DNA from: a virus
DNA: 64,000 bases
Virus record (IMG/VR): IMGVR_UViG_3300025082_000007
Coordinates: 6,756-70,755 of that record
Direction: 5' to 3' (one strand)
The position numbers and the translations under genes were made by a program. The notes under the pieces were generated by a model. The model saw nothing but the letters and a program-made list of their open reading frames with translations, was not told where the DNA came from and searched no databases. Below, one piece after another: positions 1-8,804 of the stretch. Positions within the stretch are counted from its first letter, which is position 1, and every line of letters starts with the position of its first letter.

Positions 1-633
1 CTGATGCTGATGTGGAAGACGCCCGAGTGCCGGGTTCCAAATGACCCGGCATGGCTCCAGCGGAAGCTGCGGGCGACCGATGATGAATGGCAGAATTTGA
101 TCCTACCCATCATCTCGGAGTTTTGCAAAACGGACGGCAACTGGATCACCCAGCCGCGTCTTTCCAGAGAGAGAAAATTTCTCGACAAGCAACGGAAGCA
201 GCGGAGGGCTGCCGCTAAGTCACGGCACAATAAGAATAAAATACCTTGCGAAAAGCCTACGGCTCCGCAGCCTTCCCGCACTGCACCTACACCTACACCT
301 ACACCTACACCTATTGAAGAAGATGTTCCTTCGGAACATCCCGCCGGCACTCCCTTCGGTCACGAGCTTCGGGCCTCGACCTGGGATAGTGGCAAGCTGG
401 TAGTCGGCCCCGGTCTAATCGGTAAGGCCGTGAAGGCTGGGATGGATGATGCTGCCGTTCTTCGGGCCGTAGCGGCCAGCGCCGACAAAGACAATCCTCG
501 GGCATTTTTTGCGGCTTGCGTCCGTGACTTCGAGCCGGTCACCAAGTTATCCTTCGTGGAGCGGGAGGCGTTGGCCGAGAGGACGGCCCTCCTCCAGGGG
601 ATCAGGGATGAGGCGGAGTTTTGGAATGAGTGA
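1..633 (+). CDS. Replication initiator-like protein, DUF1376/YdaU family (5' truncated by window edge)
   Basis: N-terminal MWKTPECRVPND..L.RKL....W......I.EF....GNWITQPRL.RE pattern; PTPTPT linker; directly upstream of primase-helicase. Confidence 0.65.
   Translation: MMLMWKTPECRVPNDPAWLQRKLRATDDEWQNLILPIISEFCKTDGNWITQPRLSRERKFLDKQRKQRRAAAKSRHNKNKIPCEKPTAPQPSRTAPTPTPTPTPIEEDVPSEHPAGTPFGHELRASTWDSGKLVVGPGLIGKAVKAGMDDAAVLRAVAASADKDNPRAFFAACVRDFEPVTKLSFVEREALAERTALLQGIRDEAEFWNE
284..313 (+). repeat. (CACCTA)x5 tandem repeat inside initiator gene
   Basis: cacctacacctacacctacacctacaccta, encodes PTPTPTPTP. Confidence 0.9.
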
Positions 634-2431
634 CATCACAGAGATCAAGCGGATGCTGGCGGATCGTGCGCTGGCCGTGGGTGAGAAGCTCCTCCCCGGC
701 GGCAAGCTGGTTGGCCACGAGTTCGAGGCCGGCGACACTGACGGCGGGCCGGGCAAGAGCCTGAGGGTCAACACCCGCAACGGGCTATGGAGTGACTTCG
801 CCACGGGCGAGGGGGGTGACCTCATCGACCTGTGGATGGCATGCCGGCGCCTGACCGTGGTCGAGGCCCTCGATGAGGCCAGGGCCTACCTCGGCGTCGA
901 GCAGCCCAAGTTCGCCAGGAGCGAGCGCGTCTGGAAGAGACCGGCCAAGCCACGCTGCACGGCCACGCAATTCATGTCCCAGGTCAGCCAATATCTGACC
1001 GACCATCGGGGCATTCCGCTCGATGTGCTGGAGCGGTACAAGGTGGCCGAGGACGGCGGCGACATCATCTTCCCGTTCATGCGCGGCGATGAGCTGATCA
1101 TGGCCAAGCGCCGGCCAGCGGTCGATGGCGGGAAGCCAAAGCCCACCGAGGCCGAATGCGAAAAAATCCTCTTCGGCTGGCAGGCCCTGCCGCTCAACGC
1201 GACCGAGGTAACCATCACCGAGGGTGAGATAGACGCCCTTTCCCTGGCCACCTACGGTATCCCGGCAATGAGCGTCCCGTTTGGCGGGGGAGGCGGCAAC
1301 AAGCAGGACTGGATTGAAAATGAATTTGAGGCATTGCAGCGGTTCGAGGTGATCTACCTCGCGCTCGACAGTGACGCCGAGGGCGAGGCTGCGACCATCG
1401 AGATCACGAAGCGCCTCGGCGCCCATCGTTGCCGGGTGGTGAAGCTCCCGCTCAAGGACGCGAACCAATGCCTCACCGAGGGTGTGCCGGCGGAGGTCAT
1501 CTGCCAGTGCATCGCGGATGCCGAGACCCTCGACCCCGAGCAGCTCCAGCGCCCGCCGGTCTACGGTGACAAGGTCATCGAGCTGATGCACCCAGGCGAG
1601 AACACCTACCTCGGGCAGACGCTGCCCTTCAGCCAGACCTCGGGGAAGGTCCACTTTCGTGATGGCGAACTCAGCTTGTGGTCTGGCGAGAGCGGGAGCG
1701 GCAAGAGCCAGCTCCTCGGGCAGTGCATCTGCCACTGGCTATCGAGGGGCGCGAGGGTGTTGCTGGTCAGCCTGGAGATGGCGCCGGCCCAGACGCTGAA
1801 GAGAATGGTGAAGCAGTCCACGGGTGGGCATAACCCGAGCGAGCCGGTGATCAGGCATGCCTTGGAGTGGCTGGGTGACGGGCTGCTGATCTACGACCAT
1901 GTCGGCAAGGTCAATATCCCAGCCATGCTCGAAGCGTTCGATTACGCCAGGGCGCGTTATGGCTGCACCACGTTCGTGATCGATAGCCTGATGAGGTTGG
2001 GGGTCAAGAGCGATGACTATGTCGGGCAGGAGGAGTTGGTCTTCCAGCTCGTGGACTGGGCCATCGAGAAGGGCGTTCATGTCCACCTCGTGGCCCACAC
2101 GCGGAAGCGCGGCCAGAACAATGCCGGCGCCCCGGTCCAAGACGATGTGAAGGGCGCGGCGGAGCTGGTGCAGAACTCGTTCAACGTGCTGTTGATCCAT
2201 AGAAATCGCAAGAGAGAGGACGCGCTCGACAACCCCGAGCTTCCCCCTGAGGAGCGCGAGGAAATCATGGGTCAGGCCGGCGTCAGGCTCTCCGTGGTCA
2301 AGCAAAGGAATGGCGACTGGGAAGGAAAGCAGCGGCTGTGGTTCAATCAGGAAAATTATCAATACCGCGACACTGTTGAAGAACCACTCCACACGCCGTA
2401 CTATGTGCGGCTCCCTCAAGCAGCGGAATAA
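626..2431 (+). CDS. T7 gp4/Twinkle-like primase-helicase (TOPRIM + DnaB-like SF4 helicase)
   Basis: TOPRIM ITEGEIDALS and LALDSDAEG; Walker A GESGSGKS; SLEM; FVIDSL; HLVAH; KQRNG; ATG at 626 overlaps the end of the upstream gene. Confidence 0.92.
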   Translation: MSDITEIKRMLADRALAVGEKLLPGGKLVGHEFEAGDTDGGPGKSLRVNTRNGLWSDFATGEGGDLIDLWMACRRLTVVEALDEARAYLGVEQPKFARSERVWKRPAKPRCTATQFMSQVSQYLTDHRGIPLDVLERYKVAEDGGDIIFPFMRGDELIMAKRRPAVDGGKPKPTEAECEKILFGWQALPLNATEVTITEGEIDALSLATYGIPAMSVPFGGGGGNKQDWIENEFEALQRFEVIYLALDSDAEGEAATIEITKRLGAHRCRVVKLPLKDANQCLTEGVPAEVICQCIADAETLDPEQLQRPPVYGDKVIELMHPGENTYLGQTLPFSQTSGKVHFRDGELSLWSGESGSGKSQLLGQCICHWLSRGARVLLVSLEMAPAQTLKRMVKQSTGGHNPSEPVIRHALEWLGDGLLIYDHVGKVNIPAMLEAFDYARARYGCTTFVIDSLMRLGVKSDDYVGQEELVFQLVDWAIEKGVHVHLVAHTRKRGQNNAGAPVQDDVKGAAELVQNSFNVLLIHRNRKREDALDNPELPPEEREEIMGQAGVRLSVVKQRNGDWEGKQRLWFNQENYQYRDTVEEPLHTPYYVRLPQAAE

Positions 2432-2443
2432 GGATGAAGAGTG

Positions 2444-3016
2444 ATGGCAGACGGAGTTAACAAGGTAATCCTGTTGGGCAATCTCGGGCGCGACCCCGAG
2501 GTGCGGACCTTCAATGACGGCACCCAGGTGGCGAACATTTCGCTAGCTGTGGGGTCGAGCTGGAAGGACAAAAATTCGGGCGAGAAAAAGGAGAAGACCG
2601 AGTGGGTCCGCGTCAGCGTCTTCGGCCCTCTCGCCGGCATCGCCGGGCAGTACCTCCGCAAGGGGTCCAAGGTCTACTTCGAGGGCAAGATGGAAACCCG
2701 CAAGTATCAGGACCAGTCGGGCCAGGACAAGTACAGCACCGAGGTGGTGGTTCGTGGCTTCGGCGGTGAGATGCGGATGCTCGACCCGGCACCCCAGCAG
2801 GGGCAGCAGCAGCAACAGCAGCAACAGCAGGCACCCCAGCAGCAGCAGGCCCAACAGCAGCAGTGGCATGGTATCGCCGTCGAGCCAGCGACGCACTGGG
2901 GTGGCCAGCAGCCTCAGGGGCAGCCTCCGCAGCAACAGCAGCAGCAGGGTCAGCAACAGGGGCAGGGTCAGGCTCCGCTGAATGAGCTGGAGGGTGATCT
3001 TATCCCTTTTAATTGA
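2444..3016 (+). CDS. ssb: Single-stranded DNA-binding protein with Gln-rich linker
   Basis: [34 protein letters not shown]-terminal DLIPF. Confidence 0.97.
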   Translation: MADGVNKVILLGNLGRDPEVRTFNDGTQVANISLAVGSSWKDKNSGEKKEKTEWVRVSVFGPLAGIAGQYLRKGSKVYFEGKMETRKYQDQSGQDKYSTEVVVRGFGGEMRMLDPAPQQGQQQQQQQQQAPQQQQAQQQQWHGIAVEPATHWGGQQPQGQPPQQQQQQGQQQGQGQAPLNELEGDLIPFN

Positions 3017-3068
3017 CCTGTCTTTCCCTTAGAATGGGGGCTTGAGTAACCCCTGGAGGGACAGGAAG

Positions 3069-3497
3069 ATGAGTGAGAAGCAATGCTTCAAGTGCGGTGA
3101 GGTCAAGTCCCTCGCTGAGTTCTACAAGCATAAGGCAATGGCGGACGGGCATCTCGGGAAGTGCAAGGACTGCACCAAGCGAGATGTTCGTCTCCACCGG
3201 AGGGGCAATGAGAGCGTCCGTGAGTATGACCGGCTTCGCAGCAAGCGGCCAGAACGGATGGCGGCATCTCGGGCCAATACGGAGCGGTGGCAAAAGGCTC
3301 ACCCCATTGCGTACAAAGCGCAGACGGCGGTTGGCAACGCGGTGCGGGATGGACGGCTGGAGAAGGGGCCGTGTGAGGTTTGCCAAAGCACTTCACGCAT
3401 CCACGCGCACCATGATGATTATTCAAAACCGCTGGAGGTGAGGTGGCTATGCGCGAAGCACCACCATCGGCATCACGCCTCGGCGGACACTGGTTAG
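3069..3497 (+). CDS. Zn-binding HNH-like phage protein
   Basis: CFKC...CKDC; CEVC...HAHHDDYSKPLEVRWLCAKHH. Confidence 0.7.
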   Translation: MSEKQCFKCGEVKSLAEFYKHKAMADGHLGKCKDCTKRDVRLHRRGNESVREYDRLRSKRPERMAASRANTERWQKAHPIAYKAQTAVGNAVRDGRLEKGPCEVCQSTSRIHAHHDDYSKPLEVRWLCAKHHHRHHASADTG

Positions 3498-3976
3498 ACC
3501 CAGGTTGGGTCCGCCGACGCCTTCACCTGATAGGTGCCGAGGATGCCACCGAGGGGATGTTGGCGCCCATCAAGGCACGCCAGAACCCTCTCCTCCGTCT
3601 CCAGAAAAACGGCCTATTGAGCGAGGCTCACCTCTGGGCTGCCGATGAGATCGAGGAGGTCTTCGAGGCTATCTCAGCCAGCTACTTTCCTCGTCGCCCC
3701 CACCTGGGTGGAGTTAAGGTCAGCGGCTCCCCTGTCGAGCGGCTGCCGGCGTCAATGCTTGAGCCATTCAATAATTACCGCCCTTGGGCAGAAGAGACTG
3801 GGTCAATGGAAATCACGCCCGAGGTGACCGTCCTGGGCGCCACGCTCCATGCCGTGGTGGACGGCTGGCGCCTCAGGGACATCGAGCGGCTGTGCGAGAA
3901 GGCGCAGGGTCACGGGTATGCTGGTGCTATGCTTCAAGATAGCCTCGACAGGTACGTTGAGCATGCGGGATGGTAG
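3443..3976 (+). CDS. Hypothetical protein, possible late regulator/antiterminator (start uncertain)
   Basis: Last gene of replication operon; C-terminal helical HTH-like segment; positional analogy to Q. Confidence 0.4.
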   Translation: MAMREAPPSASRLGGHWLDPGWVRRRLHLIGAEDATEGMLAPIKARQNPLLRLQKNGLLSEAHLWAADEIEEVFEAISASYFPRRPHLGGVKVSGSPVERLPASMLEPFNNYRPWAEETGSMEITPEVTVLGATLHAVVDGWRLRDIERLCEKAQGHGYAGAMLQDSLDRYVEHAGW

Positions 3977-4070
3977 GGGTGGGCAAATTTCCCCACCTGT
4001 AACCTATTGATATTACAGACTTTTCCTTATGGGAAAAATAGGTCAAAAAAATGCCTAATTATCCCATTTA

Positions 4071-4103
4071 GATGTTGCAACGATGCGACATCGTCCCTAT
4101 ATA
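4071..4103 (+). promoter_or_regulatory. Sigma70-like promoter overlapped by 18-bp palindromic operator
   Basis: TTGCAA-17 bp-TATATA; TGTTGCAACGATGCGACA at 4073-4090. Confidence 0.7.
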
Positions 4104-4127
4104 TGAGGGGCACAAGGGAGAGAGAAC

Positions 4128-4412
4128 ATGACCACCGCGAAATTCCAGACCGAAACCAAATACGGCTCGCCGCTCAACAACATCAAGATCAATGGCCGCG
4201 AGTACACCGTCAGCCGCATCACCGAGATCACGAAGCAGGCCGATGGCTACACCTTCACTGGGCTGGCCAACGGTTCGCCTTTTGAAATTTACGGCGGCAA
4301 GAAGTCTGGCGGAGCGGCCAACGAGTGGTTCGTTGAGTGGCCGGCAGCTTTCTCCAGCTACATCCGTGCGACCAGCTTGGTCGATGCCGTGAAGCTGATT
4401 GAGGGCGCATAG
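4128..4412 (+). CDS. Hypothetical early protein
   Basis: RBS gggagag, high GC3 codon usage. Confidence 0.75.
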   Translation: MTTAKFQTETKYGSPLNNIKINGREYTVSRITEITKQADGYTFTGLANGSPFEIYGGKKSGGAANEWFVEWPAAFSSYIRATSLVDAVKLIEGA

Positions 4413-4450
4413 GCGCCTTCGGCATCAACCCCAACCCAGGAGACAGACAG

Positions 4451-4747
4451 ATGACCGACCTCAACATGAATGATCCGAAAATTGAACTGGAACTCGCCCG
4501 TCGAGGCGCCGCCAACTGGTACGCGGACAGCACGAGCAGCCTCGACCTGATGATGAGCCGTATCCAGAAGACCAGGGACAAGCTGGAGACTTTGGGTGAT
4601 GACCCTGAGGCCGCGCTGGCTATCATGATGGCTATTTCCGAGTTGATGGATGAGTTCCATGTGGCCTCTGGCAAGCTGAACGTGGCCTTCGGTATCGATA
4701 CCGTTGCTCGCCTCGCCCAGTCTCATGCGAGGGTCCAGGCCGCGTAG
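4451..4747 (+). CDS. Hypothetical early protein
   Basis: RBS aggag in caacccaggagacagacagATG leader. Confidence 0.7.
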   Translation: MTDLNMNDPKIELELARRGAANWYADSTSSLDLMMSRIQKTRDKLETLGDDPEAALAIMMAISELMDEFHVASGKLNVAFGIDTVARLAQSHARVQAA

Positions 4748-4781
4748 CCTGCCCACCAATCTCAACCCAGGAGACAGATAG

Positions 4782-4994
4782 ATGACTACAGTAAAATGGA
4801 ACGGTTACGGATGGCAGGCATCAACCAAGCGACAGGTCCGCATCAAGGCCGGCGTTCGACCTTATGGCGGACGGCTCGTTGATGTGGTCAGTGAAAACGA
4901 GCGCGAGGTCACGGTGATACCGCCGCATCCGGTGAAGCCTATCGAGCGGGTGTATCAGAGGGATGAGATTGAGGAACTGGGGGGCCGGAAATAA
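4782..4994 (+). CDS. Hypothetical early protein
   Basis: Same leader type, caacccaggagacagatagATG. Confidence 0.65.
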   Translation: MTTVKWNGYGWQASTKRQVRIKAGVRPYGGRLVDVVSENEREVTVIPPHPVKPIERVYQRDEIEELGGRK

Positions 4995-5017
4995 GGGCTT
5001 CTTTCCCGAAAGAAAAG

Positions 5018-5048
5018 TGTTGCATCTTTGCTCCAAAGCTCCTATATA
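5018..5048 (+). promoter_or_regulatory. Promoter with degenerate operator copy
   Basis: TTGCAT-17 bp-TATATA; TGTTGCATCTTTGCTCCA has 3 mismatches to the operator consensus. Confidence 0.5.
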
Positions 5049-5069
5049 GAAGGGGAAGGAGAAACCCAG

Positions 5070-5312
5070 ATGACCGCACCCATCCGCAAGATCATTCACA
5101 CCACGGGCGCCCCCGACCGCAGCACCGCCCGCATGATCCGTCGCTCCGGCAAGATCACCTCCGCCACCCTGGAATGTGGCCATGAGTTGTGGGCCAACGC
5201 GGGCGATGTCAGGCAGGGCAAAATGTATTGCTTCGATTGTTTTTACAACAAGCCCGTCACGGGCAACGCCCAGATCACTCTCGACATGCTTGGCCTGACC
5301 GCCGTCCAGTAA
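5070..5312 (+). CDS. Small Cys-containing hypothetical protein
   Basis: RBS aaggag; LECGH...CFDC. Confidence 0.65.
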   Translation: MTAPIRKIIHTTGAPDRSTARMIRRSGKITSATLECGHELWANAGDVRQGKMYCFDCFYNKPVTGNAQITLDMLGLTAVQ

Positions 5313-5336
5313 CCACCCCAACCCAGGAGCCATCTG

Positions 5337-6590
5337 ATGCAGTACAACATCCCCCGCGCCAACCTCAGCCACCTGCGGAAGCGGATCGAGAAGATCTCCC
5401 GCAAGGCCGAGAAGCTGGGCTGCGAGCCCGTCACCCTGACCGAAGGCGAGACCTTCACCACCGTGAAGCTGCCGGGTCAGGATGCTTTCAACACCACCTC
5501 GACTGAGAAGATCGAAGAGGCCTCCCGCAGCGAGGGCGCCTCCATCCGCACCTACACCAAGGTCACGGTCGAGGGTGCCGCACCGCAGATCAAGGGCTGG
5601 ACCCTGATCGCCGCGCTCGATCACAAGAGCCACTCCGAGACCATCGTCAAGACCACCGTCGATGATCTGCCGGTCAAGTACCGCCAGCACGACGGTTCCT
5701 GCGACCACTGCCAGACCAAACGTCGCCGCAACGACACCTACGTCCTGCGGAACGATGCCGGCGAGACCAAGGCCGTTGGCCGGCAGTGCCTGAAAGACTT
5801 CCTGGGCTACAACGATCCCCAGAAGGTTGCTGAGTGGCAGACCTTTCACAAGATCGTGGACATCTGCCGCGATGCCGAGGAGTGGGGTTGGGCCGGCGAG
5901 CGTGTCAATCCCGAGATTGGCCTGGAGCGGTTCCTGGCCCAGACCAGCGCCTGCGTCCGCAAGAATGGCTGGGTCTCTCGCGGCGCTGCCAGGAACATTC
6001 CTGAGTACACTGCCACTGCTGACACCGCCTGGGGCCAGTTCTTCCTCTCCCCGGAGCAGGTTGCCAAGGGCATCAAGATCCATACCGATGAGAAGGACAT
6101 CGAGGTTGCTCGCGATACCATCCAGCACATCGCCTCCCGCGAAGTCCGCAGCGATTTCGATCACAACCTCAGCGTCGCGCTCAAGGATGACTTCGTGACC
6201 TACGCCACTGCCGGGATCGTCGCCTCAGCCATCAGCGTCTACCAGCGTTGGCAGGAAGCGGAGATCAAGAAGGCAGTCGAAGCCGCCCGCCGCGAAGCCC
6301 GCCCCAGCAGCCACATCGGAGAGGCCAAGCAACGCCTGGACCTGGGCGAGGTCACCCTGGTTCACAAGTCCTGGCATGACAGCCAGTGGGGCAGCACCGC
6401 GCTGCATCGCTTCGAGGACGCCGATGGCAACGTGATCATCTGGTGGGCCTCGGGCTCTGGTTCTGCCGCTGACGTGCTGGAGCAAGGTGACACCGCCCAT
6501 GTGACGGCGACCGTCAAAAAGCATGACGACTACAAGGGCACGCCGCAGACGGTGGTGACCCGCCTGACGATCCACGAGGAGGCGGCTTAG
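5337..6590 (+). CDS. Conserved phage protein with Zn-binding motif and C-terminal OB-fold-like region
   Basis: CDHC..KRRRN...VGRQCLKDFLG; C-terminal ATVKKHDDYKGTPQTVVTR. Confidence 0.7.
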   Translation: MQYNIPRANLSHLRKRIEKISRKAEKLGCEPVTLTEGETFTTVKLPGQDAFNTTSTEKIEEASRSEGASIRTYTKVTVEGAAPQIKGWTLIAALDHKSHSETIVKTTVDDLPVKYRQHDGSCDHCQTKRRRNDTYVLRNDAGETKAVGRQCLKDFLGYNDPQKVAEWQTFHKIVDICRDAEEWGWAGERVNPEIGLERFLAQTSACVRKNGWVSRGAARNIPEYTATADTAWGQFFLSPEQVAKGIKIHTDEKDIEVARDTIQHIASREVRSDFDHNLSVALKDDFVTYATAGIVASAISVYQRWQEAEIKKAVEAARREARPSSHIGEAKQRLDLGEVTLVHKSWHDSQWGSTALHRFEDADGNVIIWWASGSGSAADVLEQGDTAHVTATVKKHDDYKGTPQTVVTRLTIHEEAA

Positions 6591-6607
6591 GCCGTCTCCA
6601 TTTTTTT
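6578..6607 (+). terminator. Intrinsic terminator
   Basis: ggaggcggc-ttag-gccgtctcc then T7. Confidence 0.75.
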
Positions 6608-6658
6608 ACACAATCTTCCGACAAACCAAGGACTGTCGGAAGATAAACAGGAGATGAT

Positions 6659-6859
6659 GTGATGTCCGACTTCAAAGCAACAGACCACGGCACTGTGGTG
6701 GGGTTCGCCCCTCTCACTGAAGCCGCCCAGGAGTTCCTCGATGAGAACGTCCACATCGAGGACTGGCAGTGGGTTGGCCAGCAGTTCTATGTCGACCACC
6801 GCCCCGCCCAGAACCTGATCGACGGTATCGTGTCGGCGGGTCTGTCGGTAGGAGGGTGA
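6659..6859 (+). CDS. Hypothetical protein
   Basis: RBS aggag, codon usage. Confidence 0.65.
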   Translation: MMSDFKATDHGTVVGFAPLTEAAQEFLDENVHIEDWQWVGQQFYVDHRPAQNLIDGIVSAGLSVGG

Positions 6860-6860
6860 T

Positions 6861-7109
6861 ATGACCATCCTGAAGCACAACGAATACGACCGCCTCCTCC
6901 GCGAACTCTGGTACGACGAGGTTCACGGAGACAACGGCCTCGCCCCCGGCGATGTCGGCTCGAACCCCAATGCTCGCATTGCCCGTCACAACCACCTCGA
7001 ACGCGCCCTTCATGAGGGCTGGGCCGAGGTGCGCTACAGCGGCCCCCGTGGCGGCAGGCGCTACCACTCCGTCAAGGCGGTGAAGGCTGAGGCGGCGAAC
7101 GATGCCTGA
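6861..7109 (+). CDS. Hypothetical protein
   Basis: RBS ggaggg; GPRGG motif. Confidence 0.6.
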   Translation: MTILKHNEYDRLLRELWYDEVHGDNGLAPGDVGSNPNARIARHNHLERALHEGWAEVRYSGPRGGRRYHSVKAVKAEAANDA

Positions 7110-7329
7110 CACCTTCCGCAAGGTTGTCCGCTGGATAGAGCAGGACCACGATGGCCTCTGGTGCGTTCGCGAGATCAACTACGGCAGGCAGATTGCCTGG
7201 GCGCACCATGACCAGCCGACGATGTCCATCGGGACTGGCCATGTCTATACGCCGGTCAGGTCGAGCAAGCTGGAGGGGGCCGTGGCCTTCCTTCGGCAGT
7301 TTGACAAGACCCCCCTTCAAGGAGGATAA
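7102..7329 (+). CDS. Hypothetical protein
   Basis: Overlaps upstream stop, operon packing. Confidence 0.55.
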   Translation: MPDTFRKVVRWIEQDHDGLWCVREINYGRQIAWAHHDQPTMSIGTGHVYTPVRSSKLEGAVAFLRQFDKTPLQGG

Positions 7330-7335
7330 TTCGGC

Positions 7336-7638
7336 ATGTGTATTGTCTGCGACGTGAAGGAAGTCATCGCTGAAATCGAGGCCTCGAACGATGCCACGAG
7401 GGTGGCCATGGACTTTCTGGCCGACAGCTACATCGACCTGATGGATCACTCCATCGTGGATGCGAAGGAGGGCATGGCCGGCGAGCTTTACGCCTCCCTG
7501 CTCGAAGGTGCCGAGGTGCTGGCCGTCGAGCGCAAACGCAACGCCGAGCTGATGGCGAAGCTGAACGGCATGGATGGCGTCGAGGCTATCTACTCAGATG
7601 AGGATGACCACGATGGCCATCGTCCAACGGTTCATTAG
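7336..7638 (+). CDS. Hypothetical acidic protein
   Basis: RBS aaggagg; MCIVC start. Confidence 0.65.
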   Translation: MCIVCDVKEVIAEIEASNDATRVAMDFLADSYIDLMDHSIVDAKEGMAGELYASLLEGAEVLAVERKRNAELMAKLNGMDGVEAIYSDEDDHDGHRPTVH

Positions 7639-7648
7639 GAAAATCACC

Positions 7649-8047
7649 ATGAGTGAAATCGAGTTCGCGAAAATTGGCGACGGCTATGATGTACTTGCCG
7701 GCGGCAAAAAGATTGGCGCCGTAGCGCGCCTCGGCTCCAAGGAGTGGGAGGCCACCCAGAACGGCATCAGCACGGGCGGCTACGAGACCCGGCAGATGGC
7801 GGGGCAGTTTCTCCTCGGCAACGCCGACACCGTCCCCGATGAGCCGGATGCCGTGGTCGATGAGACCAACGACAGCAAGGTCTATCGGGTCATCAAGGAG
7901 GCCAAGGCAAAAGACCGGATGGTCAACGCCCGCGAGGTGGCCAAGAAGTCCGGCCTCGATTTGCTGGCGGTCAGGGTCATCCTGATGCGCCTCCACCAGC
8001 GGGGCCGCATCATCCGCCCCAAAGCGATGAGGTATACGATCAAGTAG
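7649..8047 (+). CDS. Hypothetical protein with C-terminal winged-HTH-like domain
   Basis: NAREVAKKSGLDLLAVRVILMRLHQRGRI. Confidence 0.6.
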   Translation: MSEIEFAKIGDGYDVLAGGKKIGAVARLGSKEWEATQNGISTGGYETRQMAGQFLLGNADTVPDEPDAVVDETNDSKVYRVIKEAKAKDRMVNAREVAKKSGLDLLAVRVILMRLHQRGRIIRPKAMRYTIK

Positions 8048-8071
8048 ACCGACCTACTGAAGGGATGAGTG

Positions 8072-8341
8072 ATGTCATCAAGCAACCTATCTCCCGGTGT
8101 CCATGAGGGGATGATCCCCGGCAACCGGCCACAAGACCAGGACTGGGAAGATCTCTGGGCCTGGATTGGCAAAATCGACATCGATGCACACGATCTCCTG
8201 CTACTGGTTGTTGACTGGTGTCGGCAGAACGACATAGAAGAGCATTGGAAGATTAGCCATGGCAGAGACAGCGAAGAAGAAAGCCAATCGATCCAAGGCC
8301 ATGAAGGCAGCTTGGGCGAGACGGAAGAAGAGGGAAGTTGA
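8072..8341 (+). CDS. Hypothetical protein
   Basis: SNLSPGVHEGMIPGNRPQD N-terminus; 3' end overlaps terS. Confidence 0.45.
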   Translation: MSSSNLSPGVHEGMIPGNRPQDQDWEDLWAWIGKIDIDAHDLLLLVVDWCRQNDIEEHWKISHGRDSEEESQSIQGHEGSLGETEEEGS

Positions 8342-8804
8342 GGTGAGGCAAAAGTCGGACCTCACACCCAAGCAGGCGGCGTTCATTCAGGAGTACCTGA
8401 TCGACCTCAATGCGACCCAGGCGGCAATCCGCGCCGGGTACAGCAAGAAGACGGCCTACCAGATGGGCGCGGAGAACTTGAGGAAACCTCAGATAATGGC
8501 GGCAATCAAGGTCGCTCAAGGTAAGAGGGCGGAGAAAACTGAGGTTAGTGCCGCATGGGTACTGGAGAGCCTTGTGAATGTGGCCAATCGATGCATGGGC
8601 GAGGAGCATTACAACGCGGCAGCGGCCAGTCGAGCCCTGGAGCTTGTGGGCAAGCACCTCGGCATGTTCGTGGAGCGGAAACAGATCGATGTTCGCGACC
8701 TAAGCAAGCTCTCGGATGCAGAGCTTCAAGCCATTCTCGATGACGAGATAGATGCAGCCACAGCTTTAGCCAGACACTATGCAGGCGCCCCAACAGTTCA
8801 CTGA
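8259..8804 (+). CDS. terS: Terminase small subunit
   Basis: LTPKQAAFIQEYLIDLNATQAAIRAGYS...AENLRKP; ALELVGKHLGMF. Confidence 0.95.
   Translation: MAETAKKKANRSKAMKAAWARRKKREVEVRQKSDLTPKQAAFIQEYLIDLNATQAAIRAGYSKKTAYQMGAENLRKPQIMAAIKVAQGKRAEKTEVSAAWVLESLVNVANRCMGEEHYNAAAASRALELVGKHLGMFVERKQIDVRDLSKLSDAELQAILDDEIDAATALARHYAGAPTVH

Noticed and set aside
284-313. CACCTA repeat as the left-arm replication origin
   Set aside because: Plausible by analogy with origins inside initiator genes, but the 6-bp period is fully explained by a Pro-Thr linker; evidence is insufficient
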